Assembly (NCBI GenBank): GCA_951406725.2
Contig: OX597817.1
Coordinates: 1,426,001-1,490,000 of the forward strand
Direction: 5' to 3'
Source: Octopus vulgaris
Lineage: Eukaryota
DNA: 64,000 nt
Part shown: piece by piece, positions 13,050-25,600 of the stretch
Layout: the number at the start of each line of letters is the position of its first letter
Position numbering within the stretch: the stretch's first letter is position 1
Made by a program: the position numbers and the translations under genes
Notes under the pieces: model-generated
Told to the model about the DNA's origin: nothing
Databases searched by the model: none
What the model saw: the letters and a program-made list of their open reading frames with translations, nothing else

Positions 13050-14057
13050 ACATGATTATGGCTGAAGCTAACACCACCACAGAGGAAACTAACGACGCCA
13101 CCACTGGTGAAAACAGAACTACTTCCCCAGTAGACGTAAGAACTCTTCTCATTTTATTTGGACTCAGCAACTAAACCAAGATTTACTTCGGTGCCATGAA
13201 AAAGCTCGAGATGACTCTTCAATCGGATATATGAAGCAGTTAAAATAATCCTGGGACGAAGATCATCCCAACTTAAATATTGGATGGTTAACTACAACAA
13301 TAAAATGGACGGAGAAAAATGAGGTTACACCTCACCAACTCTACCTTAGACAAAAATGAACGAAACTCTTTACAATACCGAACTCTTGAGGGAAAGCTAA
13401 TCACTTTAAAATATGAACTCATGGTGATGAGCGAAGAAACCCCGCTATCGCATGCGAATGTTTGAGCGAGCCAGTATCAATCACAAACTTACTGCCAGCC
13501 CACAAGCATTGTACTGAGAGATGAGAAAGGAAAATATTACCATTAAGAGGGCTCCCTCCCAAGAAAATCTACAATCACTCTGGTAAAAAAATTTGGGACG
13601 AAAAGGAGGATCTCAACCTGAATGTATCATGGTTAAATACAATTGAGAGAGAATATTGTACCAACACTAATAGTAAAACAAAATTGATGCAGAAAACCTC
13701 GCTACTGTTGTAGGCAAACTGCAGAATGGGAAGGCATCTGGAAGGCACCTAATAGTTGGATATTGGTACAAGAAGCTGACATTTTATAGAAACCAATTGA
13801 TATGTATGTTCAAAAGGACTATGGAAGGCCAGACTGATATACCAAATTGGCTTGCTACAGCAAGGACAAATCTTGTTGCCAAAAATGAAATCACCGAAAT
13901 GGCAGGGAACTACAGGCCCATTGCTTGCTAAACATTATGTACAAAATGTACACCAGTTGCCTCAACCAATTCCTCCAGGACCATTGTGAGTCGAAGAATA
14001 TTGTGACTGATGAACATGCTGGTGGAAAGAAGAGAGTGTGGGGATGTACTGAACACA

Positions 14058-14060
<3 letters not shown>
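13050..14060 (+). mobile_element. R4/Dong-clade LINE remnant (pre-RT region and RT N-terminus)
   Basis: GYWYKKL...IPNWLATARTNLVAK...NYRPIAC/LNIMYKMYT...EHAGGKKRVWGCTEH; 5' boundary uncertain; ends at (TA)n. Confidence 0.8.
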
Positions 14061-14117
<57 letters not shown>

Positions 14118-14289
14118 GGAAAAAAAGTCAAGATAGAAAATGCTAAAATACTCGAACCCCCATCAGGTAAACAAGAGAGAGAGAAACAAGCAGAAACAAG
14201 GAAAAGACGTCTTGTATTTGAACACTATGCAAATAGTCTTTTAAAAAATTTCTTTAAATTTTCCAAAATTTAATTCGTTTCCATACTTA

Positions 14290-14325
14290 CAGTTGAAAAA
14301 GCCTCAATGACTGAAACCGGTACTG
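14290..14325 (+). ncRNA. Candidate minimal type I hammerhead ribozyme (U3-A8 variant)
   Basis: CAG-UUGAAAA-AGCC(UCAAU)GACU-GAAA-CCGG-UA-CUG; palindromic stem III ACCGGU. Confidence 0.5.
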
Positions 14326-14839
14326 AAATGTTTTTCATAAAATTATTTTAGCATTTTCTATCTGACTTTATATATATATGTATATATATATATATATATA
14401 TGTATATATGTACATAGATATATCCATACTTAGGTATATGATTACAGCTCCATCACACACATGAAATAATGACAATCACCATGGTCATCTAGTTCGTAAA
14501 ATAAACCACTACTTGACATCTTTAGAACTAGCCGTCGAAGATATCAGGCAGTCACGAAAAAAATTAGTATGACTATTAACACTTAGAATGTACCGTAAGT
14601 ACCATGCCCCAATCTTTCGGCAGTTATATCAAGTTTGATATCTTTTGGCTTTATAAGTTCACCGATTAAAAAGATGTCATACCTATTATGAACAATAAAA
14701 CAAGCGGAGTCATGATGTTTACTTGTTTTGCGTTTGCAATAGAATTTATAACCTCGACCATGAATATTTTATTTCTTTCGAATTATATGTTTGTCGTTTT
14801 TTAATGATGACATTTTTGATTTTAGTGAACGCGAACATT

Positions 14840-15325
14840 TTTTATGCTCTACAACTGCAGCGAGATGCGCACTCCTACAACACTACACTGTCCCAGCACA
14901 CACTGCAAATGTTGCCAAGCACAAACCCGAGGAATTTGAGGAGCCAAATGTGCTGCCTCACCCTGTCTACAGTCCAGACCTTGCAATATCAGATTACCGC
15001 CTTTTCTGAACTACGGCTCATTTCCTACAGACGGATGTCTTTGGAAACGGTGCAGGGAGTTTTTTGCCTCTAAATCAGCCAAATGGTATAAGCATGGAAT
15101 TATGCTTCTGTCATAAGGATATCAATAGACAATAGAATATGATAGGATAGAATAGACAATAGAATATGATAGGATAGAATAGACAATAGAATATGATAGG
15201 ATAGAATAGACAATAGAATATGTTGGTATGAATTTCGATAGATAAGTGGGTAATCGCATGTAATTTGTTTGAACTGTTAAATAAAGTTTGAAATTCGAAA
15301 ATCTTTTGACTCAGCCTGGTTATTT
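14840..15325 (+). mobile_element. Mariner transposase 3' remnant
   Basis: LLQHYTVPAHTA...VLPHPVYSPDLAISDYRLF (YSPDLAPSDY motif). Confidence 0.85.
15124..15222. repeat. 27-bp tandem repeat, about 3.7 copies, inside the mariner remnant
   Basis: Unit AATAGACAATAGAATATGATAGGATAG. Confidence 0.95.
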
Positions 15326-15439
15326 ATGGTTTAGGATGAAGTATTTTGTATTCTATTTCAAGATGTTTTGATAGTATATTAATTTGCCTTGTAAAATAAT
15401 ATTTATTTGATCTAATAACTGGTTTTGTATATATATTCA

Positions 15440-15780
15440 CACAGTTCCTTATACTCCACTTGCTGCTGTTGTATTTCATAGTCTCCTGTCCTTTGTTTTA
15501 GTGTATTAGATTTGTTTCGTTTTGAATGTTTCTGTATCTAATGCTCCTTTTATGAAGGCGAATCTATATGTTCTTCTAAGTAGATGTTTTACCACTGAAA
15601 CATTTGGGCGGATATTTACCATTTCCACGTAAGTGAAAGAATTTAAGTCTCTTACGTAAATGAAGATATATGTGTTATTTTTTCAACTTAGATAACACGT
15701 AATGGAGCAATAAATTGTTCGGAGGTTAAATGGTAAGAGACTCGATTTTGAGTTTTAGCACGGGGTTATCTTCTAGACCT
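15440..15780 (-). mobile_element. Possible highly decayed Penelope-like fragment
   Basis: Minus strand LPFNLRTIYCSI resembles the PLE thumb motif IPFNLARRICTI seen at about 44915. Confidence 0.3.
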
Positions 15781-15855
15781 TTTAATTTTTCGACGTCTTC
15801 TTGAATGTCAATTATGCTCAATATATTGTATTTACCCTGTTTGCCTTGGTTTTAA

Positions 15856-15886
<31 letters not shown>

Positions 15887-15906
15887 TGCACACACACCCA
15901 CGCACG

Positions 15907-15948
<42 letters not shown>

Positions 15949-16324
15949 TGTATTTAAATACAATAGGATATTAGAATTTATTTATATATATACTATCAGA
16001 TATTGCAATATGCTAATATATTAAAATATATCAAATACATTATAATATAGGTGGCTCGTTAGCAATTAAAACCCAAAGACAAGTTAATAAACAAGGGTAA
16101 AAATTAGTACAGGCAATTCATGTCATCAAAAGACGACACGAATAGCCACACAAAACAGTCAGCACATGAATTGAGGGAAAGCGAGAGAACGAGCTAAGGC
16201 ACCCTTCATTTTGTGAAATAAACTCACAAAATGAATTAAAAAGACACATCCTTATCACGTGATTTCGAACTCTGGCCGCCATGATCTTAGTTCTTATCAG
16301 AGGATCTTACTTATACTCTGGGAT

Positions 16325-16371
<47 letters not shown>

Positions 16372-17476
16372 GAGCGACATAAAGAATAAGAACAACCGAA
16401 GCATTACTCTCTTTCCTCTTCCTGTGTTATATTGTCTTGTCTCCCACGTGATTCATCAATTTAATAGATAAAATTTCCGATAAAATATTCACTCAGTTCC
16501 CTTTTCCTTCCTCTAAACATATACTTACACATATATATATAGATGTTTATACACACACACATGTAGAAATGTATATATAAACGTGTTCTTTTGTGTGTGT
16601 GCAACAGAGTCACAGTTGGTGTTCCCATTAACTATTTACAGAATTTTTTCTATTAATTTCGATTAACATTTTCTGTATAAATTTCTACTTTCCTGTATTC
16701 TATTCCAGCATTATGTGGACGATCGCTTCCTGTAAAAGTCTCATATACGCATACATACATACTTACATTCATACATATATTGGCGCCATATTTAATGTCT
16801 ATTAAATTACAAATTTACATCTGATCATATGAGTACCTAAGAACATGTTTCCAACAATGAAAGCTCAACATATTCCTAATTTAATGCTTCAACGGATTAA
16901 CGAATGCTTTTTGTATACTACACCTGCACTGTCCATTCAACCAAAGCGTTTTTCTTTTCGTGTTTTTATTTTGGTGTAGGTAGTTTACCTGTGGGTAGTG
17001 GATTGTTTGCAGGAAATGTTGATGGTTTTGTTTGAAGTCGTTGTGCTCTAAATTATGTTTTGTACAATTGGTTGCATTTGGTTAAAGTATTGAGAAAAAG
17101 CTGGACCGTTTTAAATGAAGAACTTGTGACGTCTATTATGGTATCTACAGATGCTTTGTGTGTTGGGTTTTTGCAAAACTAGATGAATCAATGTCCCAGT
17201 TTTGCTTGCTTTTAGAAATATATGAACAGACTCAATGAGATAATAATGATTATATTCATATATCCTAGTAATCGATGTACGCCTTTTCGTTTATTTTACA
17301 GATAATCGATCATTTTAGGGCCCCAATTATTTCTTTTGTTTTCAATAATCCAGTCCAAACATGATCTAACTAAATAAGTACATAAGGCAATGATCACTCT
17401 TTTGTCCTATGAGTTGAACTGAAAGTATTATAAGCGCAAGAGCAATTTCTGTATAACTCATAAACTCGGGAGTTTA

Positions 17477-17477
<1 letters not shown>

Positions 17478-17574
<97 letters not shown>

Positions 17575-17575
17575 A
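17478..17575. repeat. (TATC)n microsatellite
   Basis: Seen directly. Confidence 0.95.
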
Positions 17576-18171
17576 TAAGTAAAAATAAGATCCAAGGATC
17601 GTGGTGTAGGAAGACAGTAAACTCCGAGTAGTCCGTAGAAGGTATAAAAAACAACTTTCAGGAACAATAGTGCTTTATTGACGTAGAAGGATAAGTTTCT
17701 CTCTTATCGAAGTTTGATAAACTGAAAAAATTGTTTTATAGGTTAAGGTTAGTAGCAGGGGATGGTATGTATGCACACACAAATGCAAGCATACACACAT
17801 ACCCCACCCGTTATATATATATATATGATAGAGTCAATAACTATTGAAGAGGTTGCAAGACGCAACGAAAATATTTGAATCAATGAATAAGTAAATGAGT
17901 GGAATTCAAACTGGTGCGTGTGTTAAGTAATTATGCACCGAAAGAGAATGATTCTCCTCAGACACAATAATATATATATGTACTTTGATAGGTTTCGGCT
18001 AGTATTGGCTCAGGCCATGTCTAACTTAATAGTACCACCTGGCAAAGTCATTCAAATCAGGAATCGAACAACATGGCCCACTCAAAGATAGGGTTATTGC
18101 TTACGGAAACATATCCAGGTGTAGGAGATTTATCTGGGATTTAGACATATCCGGGTGTAGAAGGTTTATAC

Positions 18172-18335
18172 ACATACGACGGGCTTCTTTCAGTTTCTGC
18201 CTGCCAAATCCTCTCACAAGGCTTTGGTCGTCTCGAAGCTATAGTAGAAAAATCTACCCAAGGTGCCACGCAGTGGGACTAAACCTGGAACCCTGTGGTT
18301 GTGAAGCAAACTTCTTATCACCACATAGCCACGTA
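18172..18335 (-). mobile_element. SINE family B, 5' part
   Basis: Reverse complement matches 63520-63680. Confidence 0.8.
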
Positions 18336-18755
18336 TGTTTATTTCTGGGTGCTTGTTCGGAAGTGATGGCTTTTGTAGGTACAAAATAAATTCCGGAATA
18401 CCTCAGCAAGTAGAGTGTATTTTCTTTACTTTTTAGGTGAGTTTCATAAACTTAATTCTCTTCCGATTTCCATTGTATTTGATCACGAACTTCCTAACTC
18501 AGAATCGAAACAGAATTTACTTAGCAAAAAATCCTAGTAATAAAAAAAACTAATAACGTGTATAAACAGACACCCATACGCATTCATTTGAATATGTGTA
18601 TATACTTGTATGACTATGTGTGCGCATATGAGTGCGTGTGCTTCAAACATAGCTTGTTTTTGCATTGAAAATCTACGACATTTGACAAACTATATTAATG
18701 TTGCGTGAAACCAGTCAACAGCGATGCATAAAATATATATATATATTTCTACCCC

Positions 18756-18809
<54 letters not shown>

Positions 18810-19283
18810 CAGCTTGACAAGGTATGTGATTCGTCACAATGGGTGGTAGCCAGTTGTCATACACACACTCATTTATTTATATATACGTATATACATACAT
18901 TCTTATTCATACCTATATAAACACACACATATATATATGCATGTATGTATGTGTGTGTATGTGTGTGTGGGGGGTGTACAGTGGATATAGAGAAAGCACT
19001 GCCATCTCATCCCGGTAGGTAACGTTGGTTGCTGTAAACCCAATGGGTTGTATAGAGGGACGTCTCTTTTGCTATATAATCTTGTTGTAAAGAACCTTAA
19101 GATAGATTTAACAGATACAAGCAATACTGTTATTGTTTTGCTTTCATTACTTACGTGTCTGTATCTGTCTGTTCAATCTATGACAAGTGTGTGGGAGGTT
19201 GTGTTATATCTCGATATGTGTATGTGTGAATGTTATGTGTGTGAATGTGTGTTTATGAACGTGTGTGTATGTGCATGTATGCC

Positions 19284-19318
<35 letters not shown>

Positions 19319-19459
19319 CTGTGTATACATAATGAATGTGAGTCTGTCTGTTTCAGTGTGTTTGCGTGTTATGTGTGTAGATAGATATATACATAGATAC
19401 ATATATATACATAGGCACATATACATATATATATATATAGATGTATCTGGGGAGAGGGA

Positions 19460-20250
19460 GTATGTGAAGTTCTATAGAAAACTACGGCGAAAATGAAATA
19501 ATATATATCGCTATGGAAGGCCAGATTTTCGTATCAAATTTACTTTCTATTACACGGACAAATGTTGTAGCAAAAAGCAAATACAAAGTTTTGCAGAAAA
19601 ATGTTTACTTAAATATGCAATACAAAATTCACACTTACTTTCTCAACCATCTCTTTCTACATCATTACGAGTCAAACTTAGTCATGTATGTTGAGGAAAC
19701 AGGTGGTAAAAAAAAAGGCTTGTTGGTGCGTGGGAAACCACTTTTGAAGAAACAAAAATCACTACAGAACCTTGTGGCAGTATAGCTTGATTACAGAAAG
19801 TCTTTCGATTCTCTTTCCTACTTATGACTGGGGCTTACACTTGGTAAAAGTGAGTTTTGATATTGTTTTTTTTTTTGCACAAAACTAGCAATTTTATGGG
19901 AAAATTAATTCAATTACGGCGACCTCAGTGTTCAACTAGTACTTATTTTATCGACCCCTAAAGTATAAAAGACGAAGTGGACCTCAACGGAATTTGAACT
20001 CAGAACGTAAAAATGGACGAAATGCCGCTAAGTATTTTGCCCGTCGTGCTATCGTTTCTGCCAGCTTGTCGCCTCAGTTTTTTTATCAATATTGAAAGGC
20101 TTAGAAAGACCTGTCTCACAATCCTCATCCTTGTAAAGGTAAGTCATCCGACTGACTCTACTGTTAATATCTTACAGAGGGAATATTCCTGTCTGTTCGT
20201 TGTTTACTTTGGTACTAAACCAGGGTCATTTCTTTTAAAAGTCTAAGCTG
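19460..20250 (+). mobile_element. Strongly decayed R4/Dong RT copy interrupted by a SINE
   Basis: MEGQIFVSNLLSITRTNVVAK...GGKKKG...LDYRKSFDSL parallels 13820-14060; traces may extend to about 21300. Confidence 0.6.
19878..20075 (-). mobile_element. SINE family A
   Basis: Reverse complement aligns with 53902-54117. Confidence 0.8.
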
Positions 20251-23200
20251 TCATATTAGGATTAACAACTGTAAAAAACATTGATATGACATAGTTTAAA
20301 GGTCTGTAATAAAAATATTTTCAATGCCGAGAAACAATTTTAGTAAGAAGATCTTGAGTTGGCAGAGAAAGAAATAGTCATATGCTCATGTTTGTTAGTT
20401 GAGCGTAAAAAATCTGTTTCCAAAACCCAACGTTTTTGCTTCGATGGCCTTTCTGTCTTCCCTGTTTCATCCAAGTACTACCTACGAAAATATACCACAC
20501 GAATGTGTTGTGAATAAAGATAGAGAAATCAAAGGATATACCAAATTGTAAAAACACATGACAGTTTTTACAGCAAGACAGTATTCTGCAATGCATTTGT
20601 GTTATCAGTACTGATATCAACAACTGTCTATAGATCAGATGCGTTTTAATACTTATGAGCCACATTTCTATAGGAGAGATCCGTCCAGAAGTATTAGAAC
20701 CCATATATTTTGACGTCAACTGGAATCTTCGACAGAAATAAAGAAGGGCTCCGTCTCAGATTTAAAAAGACGAATGTTGAAAAGATAGGTTTAGACAGTG
20801 CTTAAATGTGATTCAATGTCAACCAGATATCTGTTAAACAAAAATACTTCAATAAATTGCGTAAACGTGAAGCGAAAAACATCCTACAGGATGGTAGCAA
20901 ACTCCTCAAGAAGAATTCACTTTTGCTGATCCTCCACGTGAACTCCACCAAAATAGACAAGCGTGCCAAAACCAAGAGCCAAATGTTATGTATGGGTATG
21001 TCTTCCGTACACTCGAGGATGATGCTAACTTTAAATGAAGTTTAACCTGTTTTGAACTCAACCAATCCATTATATTACATTATGGGCATTGGTTATGCTT
21101 CTGCAATTCAAGAGCAACAGATATTTAGAAAATTCCCCAATAATAAAGAAACAGAAGAACTTTTATGCCTTCGAGTTGCGACCGACAATGTTGATAATGT
21201 TACTTTTCTACGGAGGATGCTACACACGTGATCGGCAGTTAGTCAGACATGTAATTAAGTTACTACATTCTAATGCGGCAAGATTTTGCTACTACATCAA
21301 TAAGCAATGTCATCTGTAAGAAAGACTATACAGAATGCATCTATTGTTGAATAAATACGAATTAATACAACGAATATTGGTGGACTATCTCTATGCTAAC
21401 TTCTGCCAAGCCACATACATAACAGATCTTGTTTGCGATGGAAAAGAAAACCTATATAGAGTCGTTGATGTTAAACTGCTTTGCAAATATATAAATTTTT
21501 CTTTCAAAATAAGTGAGAAAGAGAACTGCTACTCAATTCCGCTTCAGCTGTTATGATTCTTAATAGAAACATATGACTACATATTATTAGAAATATAAGA
21601 GAAAAACCACCGTCTCGAAAGGGCACCGCCGGTTAAATTGATCCCAGGAGTTGATTGGTATGTTTGTAATCGACTCTGGAGGGATGACAGAAAGATTCGA
21701 CCTCGGTGTGGTTCCAATTTAGGGCATAACAGCAACTAAATACTACGAAGCATGTTTGTGAAGCACTCTTTTTATTTTGCCCTTATCTACATTTCAGAAG
21801 ACCTTTAATACTAGATTTAAGAATTATAAAGGTTAACAAAGCCACACCATTCCTCAGCTCTCCAAATAGATAACGTGGTCTAAAACAATGGAAAAGAACA
21901 TGAAATGCTCAAGTATTAAGAACACCTAGCTTTAAGCTTATTTCATTATACTCTCCCCTTCAAACAACGTTTCGAAGTGCGATTATCTTCTCTTTCTTTT
22001 TCCTTTACTTGCTGGTTCTGAGGAAGATGCTGTGCCAGGACCTTTGCAGACACTCTGAGACGACGGGTGAGACGGATACCATTATAATGTCCCATATAAA
22101 CAGGCGTATTTCAACACCTGCTCGTAAAACCTGGGCATAGAGGATATTCCAGAGAACAGATTTTCTTAAATGGCAAGTCTGGTGTGGTGTTTATGACACA
22201 TGATAACAGCATCCAAGCTGATCTTTGGTAAAAACCGCCCAACTCTTACTCGAGGCACTGTGTATGTGTCATTTATTCCTGTAAAATTAGAGTGTGTGGT
22301 ATGAGAGAGATTTAGAAGCTATTTCTTACAGGTCGAGTCATCGCGCATAGGCTTCGTTTATCTCGTATTCTTTTTTATTATTAATCGTCTTAGGGTCATA
22401 GATATCAGTTTCCTTTTTGTTCACTGAATAATTTCAACACTTCAAAAGGTTTGTGTACAACGGCAAAACATTTGCTTTTAACAATATTTTGGTCTTCTTT
22501 CTGAACCAAAATATATATCCATTATTGTAACCTATAAACTTGTTGATGTAATATTTTAAGCTCCTTCACTCTCTCCCCCCTCTCACTCACTCACTCACTC
22601 ACTCACTCACTCACTCACTCACTCTCCACACACACGAGTGTGGTGAGGTATGTGTGTGTGTACTTACCTAATTACTCTTTTGTCAGAAGATGTAGAACTT
22701 AAAAAAAAAAACATGTGGTTTTTATTTTAAAGACAGAGGGGGATTTTGTTGCCGCTGGTTTTGGCTGCTAAATTGAGCGGTGCAGAGCGACTTCGTACAA
22801 GCTCTCTTGCAGACTCATTTGGTCCTGATATTAAAAGCGGTAGGAAGTTTGTTGATGGAGATGAAGAACATTTTTGATACTAAATTGAGCCGATCGAGTG
22901 ACTACATAGAAGCTCCCTTGCTGCTTCATGTTGTCGTTGTGTGGCTGGTTCAGTGAAAATAACGAGATTTCTAGCTGCATGTTCTTTCCTTTGTTTATTT
23001 GACTGTGTATAACTAATAAATATTGCGAGCACCGTGGTACGGTGGTAAGGTTACGGCTATGAGATTCAGAGACATAAGATCGATTTTCGTGAGGGGAAAT
23101 ATTTCCCTATACTTACACGTACTGTCCGTTTCCTCAGTCTTTGGCCGTTTGTCGGTTGCCAAAGGAATGGATTTTGCTCGGTTGAGTTCTAGTGGACGTT

Positions 23201-23749
23201 ATATAAAGAATGCAAATATTTCAATATTTAACCAGTGATATATTAAGAATTAAGGAACGTTTTCATTTCTTACATATACGTTATTGCAATCATTCACTCA
23301 CACTATTACACACATACACATATATACACAACACATTGAAGTAGCAGTGATATACTATGTCTGATCAAAGACGAATTCTTTTGACCATAGCCCTACTCGA
23401 CCAGTTTATGAACCTAAGCAACAAAAACATCGACAAGAAGACTATATTACAACTGCCTTGTCTTAATTATTTAATGTTTCTTATTGAAAGGAAACATTTT
23501 CTTTTTAATTCAAAATGTGTCTTAACTTTTTAGCATCGTCTCAAGCAGCTTCCCTCCTGCGTTGTTGATTAATTATCCTTAGTATAGAGCAACTTCCAGA
23601 AGCTCACTGATTCATAGTATACAAAAATACAAAATTATACAGCATGCACAGCTCGAGTAAGGCAAAAACTCACGACTACCTGAATAAAATAAGTAAGGAG
23701 ATGCGATTGGCGCGCGCGGTCTCTGTCATTTTATATTATCATCGTAATG

Positions 23750-24000
23750 TCGTCGTGAATGTGTTCGAAATGTGGGAATATAGGAGAATGTTTCGAGTCT
23801 CTTACAGGGACCATGAGACAAATGAATGGGTGTCACAACAAGTAGGTGAAAGACAACTCTTGAGCATTGGGAAAACACAAAAGCTCATATATCATAGCCA
23901 TATTCGGAAAAGCAGAGGTATGGAAGACATCAAAGAAGGAAGAACAGCGGGCAATAAATCAAGAGGAAAGCAAAGAACACAATGAATGCATAATATCAAG
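23750..24000 (+). mobile_element. RTE-clade LINE C-terminal fragment
   Basis: FEMWEYRRMFRVSYRDHETNE...KLIYHSHI...EGRTAGNKSRGKQRTQ*MHNI matches RTE AFEMWCYRRMLRISW...GKR.RGR...W.DNI. Confidence 0.8.
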
Positions 24001-24010
24001 AGCCGGTTGC

Positions 24011-24193
24011 GGAGGAGCCCTTAGCCTGGACCGAAAATCCGAATTGGCCTTCGCAGGTGACTGCGAAGGTCATATCGGAGGTCAACATGTCCAGGGTGTT
24101 GGGCTCCTTTACGAAGGACTTGTTTAGAGTCGATTTTTGAGACCCCGACTGGGATCCGGAGCAGTGCCTATGGGCAGCTCACAAGCTGGTCGG
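24011..24193 (+). other. GC-rich structured island (two stem-loops), unclassified
   Basis: Nested helices GGAGCCC/GGGCTCC, CCTGGAC/GTCCAGG, TCCGA/TCGGA, TGGCCTTCGCAG/CTGCGAAGGTCA with GUGA tetraloop; second hairpin 24145-24193. Confidence 0.6.
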
Positions 24194-25401
24194 AGGCGAA
24201 GAAGAATAGGCTTAGCGCCGAAATATGTATATATTTGTAATGATTAATATTGTTGTCATTATAGACGAATTGCAAAAGGTTCATTGCCTCATGTAATGTA
24301 TTGTTAAAGAACAATGTTATAGAGAAGCAGAGGGTCGGCGGGCACTTTCTGTCTTCTTTCATCCTTATCATCCTTGTATCATTATCATTCATTTCATTAA
24401 TGTCTTGTCCAGCCCGCAAGGCTACCCAATCGAAGTACTGTCTTCATGACAAATTTAATGAAATAAAGCAGCTAGAAAAGTCCTTCTTAATCGTAAAGAC
24501 TTTCATTGTGGTGTCATCAATTCGCCACAGGCGTACGATGTATGACGACAACTAAGACAGTGTCATTGATGTCATAATCGCCATCAACAACATTATGACT
24601 CATTGTAATTGTTTCTGAAATAAGCGAACATCTTCTGCGCCCTTAGGAGTTTGATATGAATTCTAAATGGTTTTAAAATGGCTCCAGTAACATATTACGC
24701 GTACTCACGAAGTTCGCATTCATATCATGCACAAGTCGCTCGCCACAATCTGTATTGAATAGTCGCGTAGAAGTATTAATGCTCATGATAATGATGATGC
24801 TGGGGAGGAATTTTTACTTCGGTTCAATTGCTTTTTCCTTTGATTTATAAGAATCGTTGGGCTGTTTTTCCTAGTTTAGTTGCAGGTTGGGTGGATGATA
24901 ACACGTTTCTTCATTGTTCACTTTACCTAAAAACCGTATTCACCTTTCTCAAAGAAACGAACGAGAGTAAAAGAGAGAGACAAAGACAACACGATCTTAG
25001 AAGAGCAATAAAGGATATTGATGGGAAAACGAGTGGGCAGAGGGTAAGAAACATTACTAGTCGACAGAGATTATATTTGACCCTGATATCACAATCATTC
25101 GTTGATGTATATCAATCAGCACTTCGACACATACGACATTTGACATCAGGAATCTTAACGTTTTCATTTCTTGCCGTCGTTGTTATAGTGACAGCGATCA
25201 TTCGTAGATTATTGCTGGTATTTTTGCTCTTGTTGTTTTCAATTGTTTAGTTTTTTTTTTATTGTTGTTATATTATTGTAGCCGTTATATTATTATTTTT
25301 CATTTTGTAACTGCTCTTATTGCATTCGTTTTCATTGCCATAGTAGGTTTTGTAATAACTGAATCACTGGTATATTATTTTCTAAATAATTTTGTATATT
25401 T

Positions 25402-25600
25402 AAGACAGCGAGCTGACAAAATGCTTAGCGGCATTTCGTCCGTTTTTATGTTCCAGGTTCAAATGCTGCCGAGGTTGATTTTGCCTTTCATCCTTTTGGG
25501 CTTGATAAAATGAGTACCAGTTGAGTATTGGGGTCAATGTAATCGACTTACACCCTCGACCGAAATTGCTGGCCTTGTGCTAAAATTTAAAACCATTATT
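25402..25600 (+). mobile_element. SINE family A
   Basis: Colinear with 53902-54117, with a short deletion in the head. Confidence 0.8.

Noticed and set aside
15124-15222. Regular 27-bp repeats resembling a CRISPR array
   Set aside because: Units are contiguous with no spacers; eukaryotic context; inside a mariner remnant
24000-24012. GAGCCGGTTGCG resembles the start of group II intron domain V
   Set aside because: The complementary 3' strand of domain V does not follow
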